Shown here: positions 59,668 to 64,000 of the stretch, one piece after another | How positions within the stretch are numbered: position 1 is the first letter of the stretch | Layout of the letters: each line of letters opens with the position of its first letter | Origin: Octopus vulgaris | Taxonomy: Eukaryota | DNA: 64,000 bases | Reading direction: 5' to 3' | NCBI GenBank assembly: GCA_951406725.2 | Contig: OX597820.1 | Span: forward strand, 2,170,001-2,234,000 | Program-made: the position numbers and the translations under genes | The notes under the pieces: model-generated | The model's input: only the letters and a program-made list of their open reading frames with translations | The model's database searches: none | What the model was told of the DNA's origin: nothing

Positions 59668-60154
59668 CAGAGTTGCTACAACAATACAAGTCCATATATT
59701 TGGTTTTGTCTTTTTGTTACCACCATTGGTAAATGAATGCTTTAAAAGCCGTCATTCACAAGAGTTGCTTCAATGTTTCTTTAAAAAAAAAACACTTTCC
59801 TTCACTCCAACCTTTGAATGGATATCATTTCTGTCTCATGTTTTGTCATCTCAGAGAAACCCCATCTGTGGTGAACCAATTTTTTAATTACTAGTCTTAA
59901 CGTTCTCTTTTGTATCGTTTTCTTGTTAGCTTTTACAAAATCGCTTTGTTTACGTTTTGAAAATATCTCGCCTGGAACATCGCTATGACAATAACGGCCG
60001 ACAGGCGAAGTTAGTTTGAATCTAGTCTTTTCGCCAACCTAACCTGCTAAGTACGCGTCAAATCCGTACTACAGCTTATGTCCAATGCAATGATCGAACG
60101 GTTTTTATCAATGGCTTTAAGCAGCTTTACTAGCACATTCCGATTCCGATGGAT

Positions 60155-60700
60155 CAGTGGATTTCAACTGGGGTCCATATGGCACCTGAGAGTGCATCTA
60201 AGATTTTTGTGGGGTCCACGCCACAAAAAAATAAATGGGAGATCATACAGTTCTATATTTAAGAGATGAGGAATTATGTACCTTATTTATATTATTTACA
60301 TTTGACAGATATTTGTCCTCATCTTGTTTGCTGTTAACACAATGTTTCGGTTGATATATACCCTCCAGCCTTCATCGGGTGTCTTGGGGGAAATTTCAAA
60401 CCTGGGTTCTCATTCCTAAGGTATTTTTCGATGTTGTTATTATTATTATTACTGTTAAGGGCCCCTGAAATAATGTTGCTTTAGATGTATACATTTGTAT
60501 GTATTGCAAGAAACAGACCGGTTTCTTTAGCATTTTACAGAGTTCAACCAACACAAGGGAATATGTGGTTAACAAAATAGGAATTTTGAAAGAAGTATCT
60601 CTAAAACTAGTTTTCAAACATTGAATGGCTATGGCGGGGTCCACCAGAATAAAATAGTAATGAAAGGGGTCCATAGATAAAAAATGGTTGAGAACCTTTA
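60155..60700. mobile_element. Degenerate hAT (Charlie-like) MITE, interrupted by a Penelope-like repeat
   Basis: Ends CAGTGGATTTCAAC / GGTTGAGAACC; four subterminal GGGGTCCA motifs (~60170, 60211, 60637, 60666). No clear TSD. Confidence 0.55.
60248..60450 (-). mobile_element. Penelope-like terminal repeat with decayed minimal hammerhead
   Basis: Minus strand GACAC-CCGATGA-AGGCTG..CAACC-GAAA-CA-TT-GTGTT (~60336-60383); paralog of 53474-53700. Confidence 0.7.
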
Positions 60701-61539
60701 GAAAAGATGGTTAGAAGCTCTGCCGATTCTGTTACTGGGTTTGCGTACCACTGTTAAAGAAGACCGAGGTTATTGCCCGGCAGGACTGTTGTATGGTTCG
60801 CCACTTGGACTGTCTGGTCAAATGATATTGACTACGGCTTCTCAACTTAATCCTACCAACTATAATTACAGGGTGAAGCTACCCGCATTAATAACGAGAC
60901 CTCAGTCGGTTAACTTTCGTTCAAGCCAATATCAATATCTGGAGTCGTGTATTTGTACACAGACATTTTGTTTCGTCCCGTCCCGCGTGTTAAAAATTAA
61001 ACTATAATGTATGGTTTTGAACATTCAGACGAGATAGGAAACTGGCGGTGTTTATCGACTTAAGCAAGCTTTCGCCGAGTCTCTTCTCCTCCCACCACAC
61101 TTCTCTCCCTCGTCTGACACACCCAAACAATGCACGCGTAGACAACGCTTTATCCAACAACAGGGTGACCCAAAGAGGAAAGAGAGTACACTGAGTCCGT
61201 TGGATGGCTAGGTACACTTGCACGTATTTTCATTAACACACACACACACACACACACACAGGTTTTCTTTTATAGTTTCCAATACAAAAAATGAACTGAA
61301 GAACTTTGCATTTTCTATGAACTTTTCATTGTTGTATGGGCATTTTTTCAAAACAATTTTTCAGATTGATAGGTAGACAGATACATAAATACATCGACAG
61401 GTGTGTAGACAGATTGCTCCTTCAACGCTGCCTTTGTGGATTTTCACATTTTCTCAAGAATCAAATGTTTCAGAAAAATATACAATTTCTTCATACAGTT
61501 TTCAAAATAACCGTGGAATTTCCACGAATACTGCGAGTT

Positions 61540-61759
61540 ATTATCCTTTTCTACTCAAGGTATAAGGCCCAAAATTTTGGGGGAGGGGGATAGTCGATTA
61601 GATCGACTCCTGTACGCAAATGGTACTTAATTTATCGACCTCAAAAGGATGAAAGGTAAAGTCAACCAAGGTGGAATTTGAACTCAGAACGTAAAGACAG
61701 ACGAAATACCGGTAAGCATATCGCCCGATGTGTTAACGTGTCTGCCAACTCGCCGCCTT
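61540..61759 (-). mobile_element. Meta/MESC-domain-like SINE, full length
   Basis: Reverse complement of the 50598/63323 family (GGTACTTAATTTATCGACC..AAAGGATGAAAGG..GGAATTTGAACTCAGAACGT). Confidence 0.88.
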
Positions 61760-62664
61760 GTTAGTTATTATTATTAATTTTATGTTCGAGTCAGAGGTGA
61801 AAAAGCAGTGCGAAGATCCTGTTAAGGGCCCCCAAAATTGGTGGAAGAAAGCAAGAAAGGGAGTTATCTTTACACAGGAATCTAGATAAAATACTTAGTG
61901 TAAGGAATTTTGCTAAAGACTTTAAATATTCTGTTAGTGATGTTAAACTGAGCGAAAGATAAATGTCGGATATTTATATGAATGGAAAAAAAAGATGTCA
62001 AAACCGTTTAAAGACAACGTAGAGAAATGATTTACACATGTCAAAATTTAGCAAACTAAAACGATTTTATATCTCATAAATTTATAAATATAGAAATATT
62101 TTAAAATATATGTAATAATCATAATGGGAATAGTCTATTCTCGTTGAAAATTGAAAAACAGGATAGCGAAGAAAAAGTTAAAAACGAAGAGAATTTCGCA
62201 TAATCTTGATGAATGGAAGTGAAACGTGTCTACAGAATGTACAAAAAAAATGATAAAACATTTCACCATAAACAAAGTATGAAAATATAGATTTAAATAT
62301 ATATGTGCGTACGTGTACATGCACAAACACATGTGTGTGTGAGTGAGTGTGTGTATGCGTGTGTTTGTGTCTGTAAGTGAGTGTGTATAAATAGAATTAT
62401 AGCATATTTTGCAGCATAATTCTGTTGGCGCCTCTGTTCACTCGGAGCATTTCAGTTGTGTACACGAGAGAAGCTTCGGTTTTTAGTTTCGTTTGAGCAA
62501 ATTTTTAAAATTTAAGAAACCTGACATTTGAGAATTTGATAATGGCCCAGGGTTTAATAACACTCGCAGATTAAATTTCAACCAGTGAATAGTGAAAAAT
62601 GGGACTTTTACATCTAAAATAGAGACAGTATCATTTGAATGGTTCTCATTGTTTAACAGGCAAT

Positions 62665-62765
62665 TTTCTATCGACCCTGAGAGAATTCAAACACTATCAG
62701 CTATGGCAGGATTTGAAATCAAAACCAACAAGGCTAAATTAGATAACGTTAAGCGGTGTATTCAT
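62665..62765 (-). mobile_element. Highly degenerate SINE fragment
   Basis: TATCGACCCTGA..GGCAGGATTTGAA resemble the 61540 copy. Confidence 0.4.
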
Positions 62766-62813
62766 TAGTCTCGGTATTTGTGTTCCACAATGTATTATTA
62801 TTATTATAATAAT

Positions 62814-63226
62814 TTTTTTTAAAAATATGGTCCGTTGTCTTCTGCTGAACCGGGGTCATCCCTTGACCCTAGGGTCACAGCAGGTCTTCATCTCATGGAA
62901 AGTACACGGCGTAAAATGTATGCGGGACCTACCCACACTATTTTTTGAAGTTCTCCCACGTTAACACTGCAAGGGAGTTTGTTGAGCTGCTTATCAAGGC
63001 CCTTTTTAATTAACCCTAACGCTCCAATCACCACTGGTGTTGTGCTGCTTTTCATTCCCCACAACTTGGTCACTTCTATTTCTAGGTCTTTGCACTTAAC
63101 TTCTCAACTTCTTTAATGGACACATTTCTCTCTGATGGTACTGTCACATCTATCATTAAGCATTTCTTATTCTTCCCATCTTTGATGATTATGTCCGGCC
63201 TGTTTGCCTTGATTTTTATATCGGTG
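62814..63226 (-). mobile_element. Second R4/Dong-like REL retroelement 3' fragment (different subfamily)
   Basis: TDIKIKANRPDIIIKD..CLMIDVTVPSERNVSIKEVEK, then TKLWGMK..PVVIGALG..LQKIVWVGPAYILRRVLS. ATT repeat at its 3' side, (GTT/ATT)n at its 5' side. Confidence 0.85.
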
Positions 63227-63240
63227 TTGTTGTTATTATT

Positions 63241-63304
<64 letters not shown>

Positions 63305-63320
63305 TTGTTGTTGTTGTTAT
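63225..63320. repeat. (GTT)n microsatellite with ATT units
   Basis: Direct reading. Confidence 0.95.
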
Positions 63321-63322
63321 GG

Positions 63323-63721
63323 AAGGCGGTGAGCTGGCAGAAACGTTAGCACCGGGCGAAATGGCTAGCGGTATTTCGCCTGCCGCTACGTTGTGAGTTC
63401 AAATTCCGCTGAGGTCGACTTTGCCTTTCATCCTTTCGGGGTCGATAAATTAAGTACCAGTTGCGTATTGGGGTCGATATAATCGACTTAATCCATTTGT
63501 CTGTCCTTGTTTGTCCTCTCTGTGTTTAGCCCCTTGTGGGTAGTAAAGAAATAGGTATTTCGTCTGCCGCTACGTTCTGAATTCAAATTCCGCCGAGGTC
63601 GACATTGCCTTTCATCCTTTCGGGGTCGATAAATTAAGTACCAGTCGCGTACTGAGGTCGATCTAATCGACTAGCCCCTCCACCACATTTAAGGTCTTGT
63701 GCTTATAGTAGAAAGGATTAC

Positions 63722-63790
<69 letters not shown>
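63323..63790 (+). mobile_element. Dimeric Meta/MESC-domain-like SINE with (ATT)n tail
   Basis: Head+domain 63323-63490, ~65-bp linker, repeat of B-box+domain 63554-63670, 3' end ..TAGTAGAAAGGATTA, (ATT)n 63722-63790. Confidence 0.9.
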
Positions 63791-64000
63791 GAGACGTGTC
63801 TAAAATTATTAAAAGATAGTTTGAGAAAATAGACAATGATTTAGGCTTATTTTGATCGGCAATTTTGGGTCACGCAATTTTAATCCCTCAATGCAACAAA
63901 AGTGATCCTTTAATTTTCTTTTCTTTTACTTGTACGATGTCGTATGCAAAAATAATGTAAAAAGACGGCAGAGACACATTTAAGGCATTTAGCTTACCTA

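Overview
Eukaryotic, gene-poor, repeat-dominated DNA. The tRNA-derived SINE families and the load of (CATA)n, (GT)n, (ATT)n and (GATA)n microsatellites look like an octopus/cephalopod genome (inference from recalled repeat families, not a database hit). More than half the window (about 5630-41322, ~35.7 kb) is one almost pure-purine GGAA/GAAA satellite. Rare pyrimidine marker variants reveal ~1.7-kb, ~1.2-kb and possibly ~2.8-kb higher-order units. The huge ORFs over it are compositional artefacts. The remainder holds decayed mobile elements: a Tx1/L1-clade RT element embedded in (GATA)n, two R4/Dong-like REL retroelement 3' fragments embedded in (TAA)n, a Penelope-like RT+GIY-YIG fragment ending in a hammerhead-ribozyme fold, two Helentron-type (HINE) non-autonomous elements (one carrying a Gypsy integrase fragment), several MITEs, many SINEs, and several long inverted repeats. 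Small candidate minus-strand exons near 0.4-5 kb could place the giant satellite inside an intron. No intact, recognisable host gene, rRNA, tRNA gene or CRISPR array is supported.
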